Below are positions 1 through 9,676 of a stretch of DNA of 64,000 nt, piece by piece; the stretch's first letter is position 1, and every line of letters begins with the position of its first letter. A program made the translations under genes and the position numbers. The notes under the pieces are model-generated. The model saw only the letters and a list, made by a program, of their open reading frames with translations. It was not told where the DNA came from and searched no databases. This DNA comes from a virus (Duplodnaviria > Caudoviricetes). The DNA lies in the IMG/VR virus record IMGVR_UViG_3300035670_000121, positions 1 to 64,000 of that record; one strand, written 5' to 3'.

Positions 1-690
1 TCTTCTGGAACTTCTGGCGCAAATGGTTCAGCAGGAACTCCCGGAACTCCCGGTTCTTCAGGAACTAGCGGATCTTCAGGAACAAGTGGTTCATCTGGAA
101 CAAGTGGCGCTAATGGTGCTAATGGTGCCAACGGTTCATCAGGAACAAGTGGATCGTCAGGAAGAAACGGATCTTCGGGTACAAGCGGATCTTCTGGAAC
201 AAATGGTTCTAACGGTTCTTCTGGAACTTCTGGCGCAAATGGTTCAGCAGGAACTCCCGGAACTCCCGGTTCTTCAGGAACTAGCGGATCTTCAGGAACA
301 AGTGGTTCATCTGGAACAAGTGGCGCTAATGGTGCTAATGGTGCCAACGGTTCATCAGGAACAAGTGGATCGTCAGGAAGAAACGGATCTTCGGGTACAA
401 GCGGATCTTCTGGAACTTCTGGCGCAAATGGTTCAGCAGGAACTCCCGGAACTCCCGGTTCTTCAGGAACTAGCGGATCTTCAGGAACAAGTGGTTCATC
501 TGGAACAAGTGGCGCTAATGGTGCTAATGGTGCCAACGGTTCATCAGGAACAAGTGGATCGTCAGGAAGAAACGGATCTTCGGGTACAAGCGGATCTTCT
601 GGAACTTCTGGCGCAAATGGTTCAGCAGGAACTCCCGGAACTCCCGGTTCTTCAGGAACTAGCGGATCTTCAGGAACAAGTGGTTCTAAC
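1..690 (+). repeat. Near-perfect 189-bp tandem repeat (about 3.5 copies) in the fibre gene
   Basis: Unit TCTTCTGGAACTTCTGGCGCAAAT... starts at 1, 217, 406 and 595. The first unit carries 27 extra bp. Confidence 0.9.
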
Positions 691-1605
691 GGTTCTTCTG
701 GAACAAGCGGTAGCAGCGTAACTGTTTCAGGAACAACAAATTATTTAGTTAAATTTACTTCTGCTTCTACCATCGGTAACTCAGTTGGTTATGATAATGG
801 TACTAATATTGGTATAGGTACAACAAATCCAACACAAAAATTAGATGTTAATACTGGAACAGTTACCGCTGGTTTGGGTGCTAAAATTGGTGAAGCAAGA
901 CTTGGAAGCTGGATAGGGGACGGCAATTATGCTGTTTTTATACATAATAGCATTGGAGCCAGTGCTAATTCTTATGCTTTATTGCAATATTCAGATGGTA
1001 CAACATATTTAAATGCTGCGAGCACTAAAAATCTTTATTTCAGAATAAATAATTCTGATAAAATGATTTTAACATCTGGTGGAAATGTGGGTGTTGGAAC
1101 TACTAGTCCGGGTGGAAAATTTTCAGTTGTTCCAGATGGTAATTTTCCTACAGCAAGAATTAATAATAGCGCATCAGGTTTAGATAATGAAGTATTTCAA
1201 AGATGGGCTTATTTGGATACTTCAGATGCATATTATTTAGATTTGAAACAGACAGTGACAGCAGGAGTTGTGCGATATAATTTTTCGATGGTCAATAACA
1301 GTACAGCATATAATGATGTACTTATATTAGATCGTGGAAACGTTGGTATTGGTTCAACATCTCCTGCTTATAAATTTGATGTAGTTGGAGATGGAAGGTT
1401 TAGTAGTAGTCTTGGCATAGGTGGCGCACCAGCTTCAAGTCGTGTTTTGACTTTAACAAATACTAGTGCAACTGATAGACCAGCTATTAAAATAGTTAAT
1501 CCTAATTTTTATTCTAACACAAGTTCTACAGGAAGAACGTTTTATAGATGGATGCCAATAGACATAGATGGCACTACATATTGGATAGCAATTTATACAG
1601 CATAA
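1..1605 (+). CDS. Tail fibre-like protein (5' truncated) with collagen-like G-X-Y Ser/Thr/Gly repeats and C-terminal GNVGIG repeats
   Basis: Frame 1 is open from base 1 (SSGTSGANGSAGTPGTPGSSG...) into the tracked 874..1605 ORF. GNVGIGTTSP-type repeats are typical of phage fibres. Confidence 0.75.
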   Translation, partial: SSGTSGANGSAGTPGTPGSSGTSGSSGTSGSSGTSGANGANGANGSSGTSGSSGRNGSSGTSGSSGTNGSNGSSGTSGANGSAGTPGTPGSSGTSGSSGTSGSSGTSGANGANGANGSSGTSGSSGRNGSSGTSGSSGTSGANGSAGTPGTPGSSGTSGSSGTSGSSGTSGANGANGANGSSGTSGSSGRNGSSGTSGSSGTSGANGSAGTPGTPGSSGTSGSSGTSGSNGSSGTSGSSVTVSGTTNYLVKFTSASTIGNSVGYDNGTNIGIGTTNPTQKLDVNTGTVTAGLGAKIGEARLGSWIGDGNYAVFIHNSIGASANSYALLQYSDGTTYLNAASTKNLYFRINNSDKMILTSGGNVGVGTTSPGGKFSVVPDGNFPTARINNSASGLDNEVFQRWAYLDTSDAYYLDLKQTVTAGVVRYNFSMVNNSTAYNDVLILDRGNVGIGSTSPAYKFDVVGDGRFSSSLGIGGAPASSRVLTLTNTSATDRPAIKIVNPNFYSNTSSTGRTFYRWMPIDIDGTTYWIAIYTA

Positions 1606-1610
1606 TTTAC

Positions 1611-1871
1611 ATGAATATTATATATACAATAGCTCGTTATGAATTTATTGATAAAGATAGGTTTTTAGTTGGTTTTAATGTTAAAGACGATTTTGAAAAT
1701 AGCGCATATGCAGAACATATTTTATCTTCTTCAGAAATATCTGGTAAAACAACACAAGAAATATGCCAGTTAGCTTATAGTTCTTTAAAAAATAAAATTG
1801 AATCGTTGAAACAAGCTTTTGAACAAAATAATAATTCTAAAATTGGATATCAATTTATACCTGAAGAATGA
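1611..1871 (+). CDS. Small hypothetical protein downstream of the fibre (possible fibre chaperone)
   Basis: ATG at 1611 just after the fibre stop; ATGA overlap with the next gene. Confidence 0.55.
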   Translation: MNIIYTIARYEFIDKDRFLVGFNVKDDFENSAYAEHILSSSEISGKTTQEICQLAYSSLKNKIESLKQAFEQNNNSKIGYQFIPEE

Positions 1872-2911
1872 AAAAATTAATCTGTCGCGTTCCTTGTTCA
1901 GCTATTTCAGGATATAAAAAATTAATTAACAAAACAGTTGATGTTTTAAAGCAAAACTATGATTTAACTTTATTTCCAATCGAGGGTTTTTTTCAAGAAA
2001 AAACAGATTATCAATTTGGAAAAATAACTAAAGAAAATTTTAAAGCAGATGAATTAATAATTTCTTCTTTGCCTTTAGATAGATATGGATCTTTGATTAA
2101 TGTTTTACCTGATAAAGATAATATATCTTTTATAACAATGTGGGAATCAACTTATTTGCCTCGTTTTTCTGTTGAGGAGTTGAATCATTTTCAAGGAAAA
2201 ATAATGGTTCCTTCTTTGTGGAATATAGATGTTTTTAAATTAAGCGGTGTCAAAAGAGTTAATCATTTACCGTTATTTGTTGATGATTCACTTTTCTTAT
2301 ATAAAGAAAAATCTGATTTGAAAAAATTTACTTTTTGTGCTGGAGCTTGTAGTGCAACGTCTTCGGGGAACGGTAAAAGAAAGAATTTTGAGATTATTCT
2401 TTCAGCATTTAGAAAAGCATTTAAGAATGTTAAAGACGTAGAAATAAAATTTAAATTATCTGTTTGTGATAAGCCAAAATTATCTAATATATTGGATGAT
2501 AGAATTTCTTTTAATTATAAAGATTTGACAGATTTTGAAATTCATGAATATTTAAAAGAATCTGATGTTTTTGTAACAAGCGCAAAAGCTGAAGGTTGGG
2601 GATTTTTTCAAATAGAATCTCTTGCAATTGGTAGACCAGTAATTACGGCAAATTATGGCGGAGTAAAAGATTTTTGTAACAAAGAGAATTCTTTTTTTGT
2701 GGATTATGAAGAACAGTTAGCAATAAACGCTTGGGGAAAAAATGGTGGTTGTTGGGCAGAAGTAAAAGAAGAATCTTTAATAGAACAAATGCGTTATTGT
2801 TATGAAAATAAAGATACTATAAGACATAATTGGCAAAAATATTCTGAAAGTGTTTTACCTAAGTTTAGTTTAAAAAATTATGAATTTAATTTAATAAATT
2901 TATTAAATTAA
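1868..2911 (+). CDS. Glycosyltransferase, GT-B/GT4
   Basis: SDVFVTSAKAEGWGFFQIESLAIGRPVI (E-x7-E motif). Confidence 0.85.
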   Translation: MKKLICRVPCSAISGYKKLINKTVDVLKQNYDLTLFPIEGFFQEKTDYQFGKITKENFKADELIISSLPLDRYGSLINVLPDKDNISFITMWESTYLPRFSVEELNHFQGKIMVPSLWNIDVFKLSGVKRVNHLPLFVDDSLFLYKEKSDLKKFTFCAGACSATSSGNGKRKNFEIILSAFRKAFKNVKDVEIKFKLSVCDKPKLSNILDDRISFNYKDLTDFEIHEYLKESDVFVTSAKAEGWGFFQIESLAIGRPVITANYGGVKDFCNKENSFFVDYEEQLAINAWGKNGGCWAEVKEESLIEQMRYCYENKDTIRHNWQKYSESVLPKFSLKNYEFNLINLLN

Positions 2912-2912
2912 T

Positions 2913-3518
2913 ATGAAAATTTTGATTACTTCTTATATGACTCCTCAAGCGAGTCATAGATTTTCATTTTTTCATAAAGTGACAGGAAATTTTAGTTATT
3001 TTGTCGCTTCTGAATTATGCGAAAATTTTCCTTTTGATTTTAGTGTTGCTCGATTAAAAAATAAATGTATAAAAGCCGCAAAGATAATAAAGCCAGATTG
3101 GCTTATTATTTTATCTGGTATTGATTCAAGTATAATTAAGTTGCCTTCATTTAAAAAACTTGATTCTTGTGCGTTACATTTGGGTTATCGAATGTCTAAA
3201 GAAAATATTCCTGAAAAATGTTCCAATTGGATATTATCAAAAAAAATATATGAAAATTTTCTTCTAGATGAAGAATTTAAATGTTACGGTTGGGAGGATT
3301 TTGATTTTGTTTATAATGTTTGTAAAGATATAAAAAAGCAATCTTGTCGAGATTTTTTAACAGTTGACATTAATGATGATAATGTTAACACGAAACTAAT
3401 AAGCAAAAGTCCTTTCGCTATTGAAAACTGGGAAAGCAATAAAGTAAAATTTTTAAATAAATATATGCGCTTAAATAAATTATCTTTTGACTTTGAGAAA
3501 CATGATTCGTTAAAATAA
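2913..3518 (+). CDS. Glycosyltransferase-like protein (GT2/GT7 C-terminal-like)
   Basis: LDEEFKCYGWEDFDF resembles the GWGxED motif. Confidence 0.55.
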   Translation: MKILITSYMTPQASHRFSFFHKVTGNFSYFVASELCENFPFDFSVARLKNKCIKAAKIIKPDWLIILSGIDSSIIKLPSFKKLDSCALHLGYRMSKENIPEKCSNWILSKKIYENFLLDEEFKCYGWEDFDFVYNVCKDIKKQSCRDFLTVDINDDNVNTKLISKSPFAIENWESNKVKFLNKYMRLNKLSFDFEKHDSLK

Positions 3519-3554
3519 TCTTGATTTTTTCATGTTTGTATATATTATTGTTGT

Positions 3555-3758
3555 ATGGGTGATAACTTAAATGTTCCTGCAACTAACGCAGTTCAAGATC
3601 CCTCAGAGATCTTGACTGTTAATTTCACAAGAGAAGAGTTGTCGGTAATGGTGAATATTCTTGATCTCGCAACAAAATACGAAGGGTTGAGAATAGCGGA
3701 AACTACTCTTTTCCTTTCAAAGAAGATTAGAGAGTCTTTAACACCAAAGACTGTATAA
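3555..3758 (+). CDS. Hypothetical protein
   Basis: ORF track; followed by a terminator. Confidence 0.6.
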   Translation: MGDNLNVPATNAVQDPSEILTVNFTREELSVMVNILDLATKYEGLRIAETTLFLSKKIRESLTPKTV

Positions 3759-3775
3759 TTAATAATTTAACAAAT

Positions 3776-3807
3776 AGAGCTGTCGATATATCGGCAGCTC
3801 TTTTTTT
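3776..3807 (+). terminator. Intrinsic terminator
   Basis: AGAGCTGTCGA-TATA-TCGGCAGCTCT followed by a T run. Confidence 0.8.
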
Positions 3808-3824
3808 GTTTTTATATTTAGTTA

Positions 3825-3840
3825 GTGTATATAATATATA
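3825..3840 (+). promoter_or_regulatory. GTGTA putative late promoter
   Basis: GTGTA with an 11-nt spacer to ATG 3841; motif recurs across the window. Confidence 0.6.
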
Positions 3841-4983
3841 ATGTCTTATACAAGAAACAGAGTTATATATGCTGGCAATACGATTTTGATGTCGGAATCT
3901 CCTTCGTGGGAAGATCAAACGGGTGTTGCTTCTTTGAAGTCAATTAGACGTGTTCAGTCAAGCAATATTGAAATATCTACTCCTGTAACTAGGGCGAAGC
4001 AAGTAGGTTCGTCTGATTTTACATTTCAAAGATATTTACAATACCCTAAAATATCTACTTCTTTTAGTTATTATTTAACTGATAATTCTAATGAGTTGAT
4101 AATGGGTTTTATTACAGATGGGGTGACTGGGTGTTTTAAAAATTTTGCTGATTTTGGTAAAGATCAAAATATTTTTTACGTTTTATCAAATACTAATGCG
4201 GAAGACTTTTCAGATGTTGGCAGTTTATCTGGTTATGATGTAATGAGTATAGGGAACTGCTTTTTAACGAGCTATTCGATAAATGCAGCTGTTGGGACTA
4301 TACCAACAGCAAGCGCGTCATATGATTGTTTAAATATATTATTTCAAAATTATACAGGAACTGGAACTTTATTACCGTCAATTGATTTAACAGGAGCCGC
4401 AAGATCAACTGGGACATATGCTTTAACGGCTTTTAATCTAAATCCTCAGAATTATTTTTCTAACCAAGATGATAGACCCGCTGCATTGCGTCCCGGTGAT
4501 ATTGTTTTGCAAATGCAACAGCCTCTGATTGGTGGTATTAGATATACAGGTACTGTTGAGGCAAATATAACTTCAGTCAATGTAGAAATTCCTTTAGATA
4601 GAAGAGATTTAGTGGGGTTTGGTAGTAATTATCCTTATGATAAACGATTATTATTTCCAATTATTGGAACATTATCTTTTGATGGTATTTTTGATAAAGC
4701 AGTAACAGGAGATTTTACGCAAATATTTGATGATGAAAACGAATATGATTTTAGTTTTGTTTTTAAAAATTGCAATGGGGATACAAGTTATACTGTTGGT
4801 GTTTCAAATGCCCGTGTTGAGTCTCAAAATTTTAATTTATCGATAGGAGATAATATGGCTTTTAGTTCTCAGTTCTCATTTAGAATTTCAGAAACAAGTG
4901 GTTTTACTCTTTCAGGAGCAGCAGAATTAATTACTGGAGAACTAATTGATTCTATTAACAATCAAACATTAGTTTTGTTATAA
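3841..4983 (+). CDS. Putative tail tube/major tail-like structural protein
   Basis: RNRVIY start, beta-rich composition, late-type promoter. Confidence 0.55.
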   Translation: MSYTRNRVIYAGNTILMSESPSWEDQTGVASLKSIRRVQSSNIEISTPVTRAKQVGSSDFTFQRYLQYPKISTSFSYYLTDNSNELIMGFITDGVTGCFKNFADFGKDQNIFYVLSNTNAEDFSDVGSLSGYDVMSIGNCFLTSYSINAAVGTIPTASASYDCLNILFQNYTGTGTLLPSIDLTGAARSTGTYALTAFNLNPQNYFSNQDDRPAALRPGDIVLQMQQPLIGGIRYTGTVEANITSVNVEIPLDRRDLVGFGSNYPYDKRLLFPIIGTLSFDGIFDKAVTGDFTQIFDDENEYDFSFVFKNCNGDTSYTVGVSNARVESQNFNLSIGDNMAFSSQFSFRISETSGFTLSGAAELITGELIDSINNQTLVLL

Positions 4984-4984
4984 T

Positions 4985-6444
4985 ATGAAAGATAGAAATA
5001 TATTTTCATCTAAAAATCCGCCAAGTAGTTGGACTCGAAATCCAAATAGTTTTCTAAAAATATTGATTTGTCTGGTTTTGCTGTTTATGTGGATAATGGT
5101 GAAAATTGGACTAAATCTGCAAAAAGTGGTGTTTTAATTAGTGATAAACATATTTTATTTCCTCAACACTTTATATCTAATCCTTCAACTCCGTTTGATG
5201 TAAAATTTGTTAATAATAATAATGAAGTTTTTACTTATACAGTAACTGCTACAACATGGTTATCTGGAACAGATATATTAATAGGAGTTTTAAATACAAC
5301 AATAGATTCTTCTTTATGTTTTTATAAAATTTTACCTTCTGATTTTCAGGATTATTATTCAATAGTATTAGATCCGAATGGTAGCGGATTAGAAATGCCT
5401 GTTGTATATACTGATCAAGAAAAATTTTTATCTGTTGGGGATGCAAAACTTGATAGAGGAACGTCAAGTCCTTATCCTTGGGTTTGGAAGGTTTATTCAA
5501 GTTTAAATTCTAAAAAATATAGTTATTCTAGAGGTTTAATATCGGGCGATTCTGGTAATCCAATTTTTGTTGTGTTAAATAATGAATTGATTATTTTAGG
5601 TGTTTGGCTTTCAGGAACTGGTACTCGGGATGCTTCTCCTCCGGGTAAAGAATTGGGTGTATTACCGGCTATTCATGAATATCTTTCAAGCATAAATACT
5701 ATTATGACTAATTTAGCGGGTAGTAGTTATTCTTTAACTGAAATCGAAAAAAATTTTAATCAGTTTTTAGGTTTGAAAAAACCAAGTATTTCTGTAGGCA
5801 GTAACATTTACTCGGAATCTGTTTTAAGTTATAATAAATCACCTTCAATTAACGGAATTGGACAATCTGGTAAAACGGTATCTTTAGATGATGATGGCTA
5901 TGTTTATGGACCTTTTAATTTAAATTATGATGTTGGTTTAGGTTATAGTATTAATCCTTCATCTCCTTATTTGGGTTCAGCAATAAATAATTTAACAGTT
6001 GAAATTAATTATGGTGGCAGTGCAGGTTCTTCTTCTGAAATTATTGCTTATAAAGCTTTAGTTATTCCTGCTCCAGTTTTAAATTCTATAAGTAATACAA
6101 ACAATAAAAGACCTATTATTTCAGGAACTTGGACACAAGCTGAATTGCCTAGTTATGCAGAAAACCTTCATGTTGATATTTATGATAATGATACAATTAT
6201 TTCCAGCGAGTATATTTACATTGATGATGTATTAGCTGAAATAATAAGTGATGTTATGCTTAATAATGTAAATGCTAATTTATCTTTCACTTTTGCTTAT
6301 TTGCCAACATCTGATTTATCTGTTGGTTCGCATACAATAAAAGCTAAAGTTTATTATTATAAAAGTTCAAGTCCTGATATAAATAATACAAGTTCTTTTA
6401 GTAATTCAGTGACTTTTGATGTCTTAGATACTGGTGGTTCTTAA
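4985..6444 (+). CDS. Trypsin-like serine protease with C-terminal Ig-like domains; apparent -1 frameshift near 5056-5060
   Basis: GVLISDKHILFPQH, TDILIG and ISGDSGNP give a His/Asp/Ser triad. The ATG 4985 frame joins the 5068 frame if one A is added to the A5 run. Confidence 0.65.
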
Positions 6445-6837
6445 TTAAAACTCAATTTTTGCATTTTTTGTTTCTATAGTTTTTGGTCTGTCTTTAACAT
6501 GTTTTTTGCCGTTTGTTTTCTTTTTATAATCGTCGAAATACTTGCGCTTAATAGGATCTTCGCCGCCATTCAAGGCTGCCCTTCGGTCTGATAGTTCAGA
6601 AGAATAATCTAATAAATCACCATATCGACCTTTCATATTTTCTGTTTTATTCACGAACCCTTTATTATCAAATGGATCAACTACTTTTGCATTTCCGATA
6701 TTAACTTGTGGCAGATCATAAACTCGCTCCCAAAAATCCTCGTCTCCATTTTCGCCGCAATAATGCTTATATTCTTTCATAGGCATTACTACATCAATAA
6801 TTTTGCCTGTTTTTTTATTTTTGAATTGATAGACCAT
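6445..6837 (-). CDS. FmdB-like phage regulatory protein
   Basis: MVYQFKNKKTG..IDVVMPM..WERVY N-terminus. Confidence 0.5.
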   Translation of the reverse strand: MVYQFKNKKTGKIIDVVMPMKEYKHYCGENGDEDFWERVYDLPQVNIGNAKVVDPFDNKGFVNKTENMKGRYGDLLDYSSELSDRRAALNGGEDPIKRKYFDDYKKKTNGKKHVKDRPKTIETKNAKIEF

Positions 6838-6865
6838 AACTATTATATGAAATATATAAAAAATT

Positions 6866-6896
6866 AAAGCGCGGTTTTTAGGCCGCGCTTCTTTTT
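6866..6896. terminator. Intrinsic terminator hairpin (possibly bidirectional)
   Basis: AAGCGCGG...CCGCGCTT stem flanked by A and T runs. Confidence 0.7.
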
Positions 6897-7182
6897 ATTC
6901 TATTTGAATTGTTCTAAGCCTTTCTTTCTTCTTGGGCAATTTGACTGACAGTAAGCCGTTAGTCATTTTCGCTGTTACTCTTTCAAAGTCATAATCGTTT
7001 ACATCGTATAAATAATCATCAAAGTCAACGGCAAAGGTTTGCTTATCGTCTATTTTGATATTAAGCGCTTTATTTGAGATAAAGATCTTAACGTTTTCTT
7101 TAGATTTACCAGCTAGTTCAAAATTAAAAACTAGTTCGTTGTCTGTATCGTTATATGTATATTTAAGAGTTTTGTAGTACAT
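6895..7182 (-). CDS. Hsp20/alpha-crystallin small heat-shock protein
   Basis: ELAGKSKENVKI...VTAKMTNGLLSVKLPK. Start placed at 7182 because the sigma54 promoter excludes 7194. Confidence 0.85.
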   Translation of the reverse strand: MYYKTLKYTYNDTDNELVFNFELAGKSKENVKIFISNKALNIKIDDKQTFAVDFDDYLYDVNDYDFERVTAKMTNGLLSVKLPKKKERLRTIQIE

Positions 7183-7196
7183 AGTAAAATACATAT

Positions 7197-7213
7197 AGCA
7201 AGAATCATGCCAA
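7197..7213 (-). promoter_or_regulatory. Sigma54 (-24/-12) promoter of hsp20
   Basis: Minus strand reads TTGGCATGATTCTTGCT, matching TGGCA-N6-TTGC. Confidence 0.75.
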
Positions 7214-7258
7214 CTTTTTTAAGCTGAAAAATCATTTACTAGAGTCATTTTGACACTT

Positions 7259-8341
7259 TTAATTCTTTATTGAGCCAAGAAGTGTGTCAGCTGTTGTCTC
7301 ATATGTGAACTTTTCTTGTAGTTTTAGTCCATTTGGATTAGGCTTCTTTGCGTACTCAACAGATTTTAAGATCGCAGCATCCATTTCGTCATCTGAAATA
7401 TCAAAAAACTGACCTTGATTAAAAGCTGAGTTGGGAGTGAAAAAGATTCCATCATAACAGTCTTTTAGCTTTGTTGGTTCAACTAGAATGCAATTGTCTG
7501 CTGTCGCCCAATCTTTGTGAGCTGTTGCGTTCATAACAACGCTCCATTTGCCTAACGCAGTAGAATTGAATGCAGGCAAGTTCCATCCTTCTGCTCCGCT
7601 TAATCCGCTGAGATCAATGTCTATGCTGTTTAAGTAATCATTGACTTCACTATTTGTCTGCATATAAGGAACAAAATTAATATTGTTGTACTGCTTGCCT
7701 TCAAATATCTTAATCATTTCGTCTTGAAATTTAGCTTTGTCTAAGAATGGATTTGTTACAGCACAAGACAGCTGATACTTAGAATTATTACCAAAAAGCT
7801 TGAGCCAAGATTTGATTATTCTAGCAGTGTTTTTTCTCTTTTCGAACTTACCAAGTATTCCAAAATGAATTTTGTCTTCTAAATAAGTTTTTCCAGTTAA
7901 AGAGAAATCTTTATCAAAACCAAGAGGAACAAATTTTACATTAGCAATATCATTCATTTCAAATATTCGTTTTGTATAATTAGAAGTTACGAATACTTGA
8001 TCTTGGCATTTAAGAATATTTTTTTCAATAGCCGTTACTTGAGATACTTCATGAAAAGTTAAAAGAGATTGATTTTTTGTATATCGAGATTCGCTAGAGT
8101 TAATATGCCATAGCTTTAAAGATGGCAAATCCTTATCTATCTTCTCGTATCTAGATGACGCAGCTTTCTTTACATATTCAATAAAATCATTGTCGATCTT
8201 ATCATAAGCGCCAAAATCTAACTTATCTCCAATCGGAAAGAATACCAAATCTATATTTTTCTTATAAAATTCTCTTAAAATGTTTACAGAAACATTTCCA
8301 AAAGATAAAGAGTTAATCGGCGCTGAAACTAGTAATCTCAT
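7259..8341 (-). CDS. Glycosyltransferase GT4
   Basis: GKFEKRKN; LSGAEGWNLPAF. Confidence 0.8.
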   Translation of the reverse strand: MRLLVSAPINSLSFGNVSVNILREFYKKNIDLVFFPIGDKLDFGAYDKIDNDFIEYVKKAASSRYEKIDKDLPSLKLWHINSSESRYTKNQSLLTFHEVSQVTAIEKNILKCQDQVFVTSNYTKRIFEMNDIANVKFVPLGFDKDFSLTGKTYLEDKIHFGILGKFEKRKNTARIIKSWLKLFGNNSKYQLSCAVTNPFLDKAKFQDEMIKIFEGKQYNNINFVPYMQTNSEVNDYLNSIDIDLSGLSGAEGWNLPAFNSTALGKWSVVMNATAHKDWATADNCILVEPTKLKDCYDGIFFTPNSAFNQGQFFDISDDEMDAAILKSVEYAKKPNPNGLKLQEKFTYETTADTLLGSIKN

Positions 8342-8918
8342 ATTTAGATCTTATGTTTTTAGATATAGAATTCAATGCAGCATTATGAATATTAATACAT
8401 CCTTGTATGCTTAATTTCATTTCTTTGCTTATTTTTCTCCAAGGGGTAAGTTTTTTATTGCCTGAATACCTCATGGAGAATATCTTGTGCAATCTTTTGT
8501 CAGGATGATTTTGCAGTTGTACTTTGAAATCTTTTAATACTGAATCTTTAAAGTCTTGTTGAGCTTTATTGCATTCATATTTTATTTTTTCAAAATCATA
8601 AGAATGATCGTTTAGTTCAATATATTTTCTATTTTTGTTAGAAGCATTTAGACACATCCATTTGGCTTCGTTTCCTAAAAATGTAGAAAACTTAGTTCCT
8701 TTATCTTCATCGTATTTCAAGGCAGAATTATATATTGCTAATTCTTTATCGTTTATGATTTCTTCTCTTAAAGTATCGTTATTGCAGTTCTTTAGAAAAG
8801 AATTAACGATATCTAGATAAATTCCAGAATGCCTATCGATTAACTCTGATAAAGATTTATCTACATGTTTATTTCTTTTTATGTTTTTGATTAATTGTAT
8901 ATCACTTAAATTCTCCAT
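8313..8918 (-). CDS. Phage sigma70-family RNA polymerase sigma factor
   Basis: Region 2 (YNSALKYDEDKGTKFSTFL) and a region 4 HTH (WRKISKEMKLSIQGC). Confidence 0.8.
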   Translation of the reverse strand: MENLSDIQLIKNIKRNKHVDKSLSELIDRHSGIYLDIVNSFLKNCNNDTLREEIINDKELAIYNSALKYDEDKGTKFSTFLGNEAKWMCLNASNKNRKYIELNDHSYDFEKIKYECNKAQQDFKDSVLKDFKVQLQNHPDKRLHKIFSMRYSGNKKLTPWRKISKEMKLSIQGCINIHNAALNSISKNIRSKYEITSFSAD

Positions 8919-9531
8919 ATAATGACCATTTATTTTTAAAGAATAAACGATTTATATGCCAATTGCAAGTTTCTTTTTCTTCAGTAAATGTTTTCCATTT
9001 TATCTTATAATCTGCCGCTCGTTTTAATATAGGATCGTTTAGTTTCTCTTGAAAGTTAGCGGGTTTTTGACCCATTCTGCTTAAATGTATAACAAAACCG
9101 CCGTTTTGTTTAATCCATTTAGCTTCGTTTTCATATCTTACATCAGTAATAATCACTATTATTTTATTGTTAATAGACGATTTAACTTTTTTCTCTATTT
9201 TTTTAATCCAGTAATCTTGATCTAGTTTTCGGCAAACATCTGTGCCGTAAGAAACTAGAATAGGTCTTATAACATCTTTTTCAGCATTGTTTTCGGTGAA
9301 AGCTGAAATATTCAGTTTATTTTTCAAAAAATCATCAAGATCATGTTTTAATGCAGAAGCAAACGATATCGTTAAACAAGGAAATCCATTCTTTTGAAGC
9401 TTTTGCATCAAATATTTACCTAACGTATCTTTTCCACATCTAGCAACACCAGCTATTCCAAAAATTAATGGAAGTTGTTTCTGTACAATTTTTTTCCTAC
9501 GTTTAATAATAAAATTATGAGTATTTTGCAT
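8902..9531 (-). CDS. Deoxynucleoside monophosphate kinase
   Basis: GIAGVARCGKDT P-loop, SFASALK and IITDVRYENE (T4 gp1-like); start uncertain. Confidence 0.85.
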   Translation of the reverse strand: MQNTHNFIIKRRKKIVQKQLPLIFGIAGVARCGKDTLGKYLMQKLQKNGFPCLTISFASALKHDLDDFLKNKLNISAFTENNAEKDVIRPILVSYGTDVCRKLDQDYWIKKIEKKVKSSINNKIIVIITDVRYENEAKWIKQNGGFVIHLSRMGQKPANFQEKLNDPILKRAADYKIKWKTFTEEKETCNWHINRLFFKNKWSLYGEFK

Positions 9532-9647
9532 CTAAGGTATACCTAAGGTAATTATTAAGGTTATCCAGAGGGATTTTTTAACGTGACACTATGGAAATTT
9601 GCTGCGGTTGCACTTTGATTAATTAAACTTTCTTCGAAGACTTCGAA

Positions 9648-9676
9648 AGTTTAATGTAAAGTTTCTCCTTTGTCAA
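9648..9676 (-). promoter_or_regulatory. Sigma70-type promoter
   Basis: TTGACA-N17-TAAACT on the minus strand. Confidence 0.65.

Noticed and set aside
1-690. Repeats as a CRISPR array or DGR template
   Set aside because: Units are contiguous, in-frame multiples of 9 nt with no unique spacers, and no reverse transcriptase is present.
23-721. 232-aa ORF MVQQELPEL...
   Set aside because: Off-frame shadow of the G-X-Y repeat; the real frame is frame 1, continuous to 1605.
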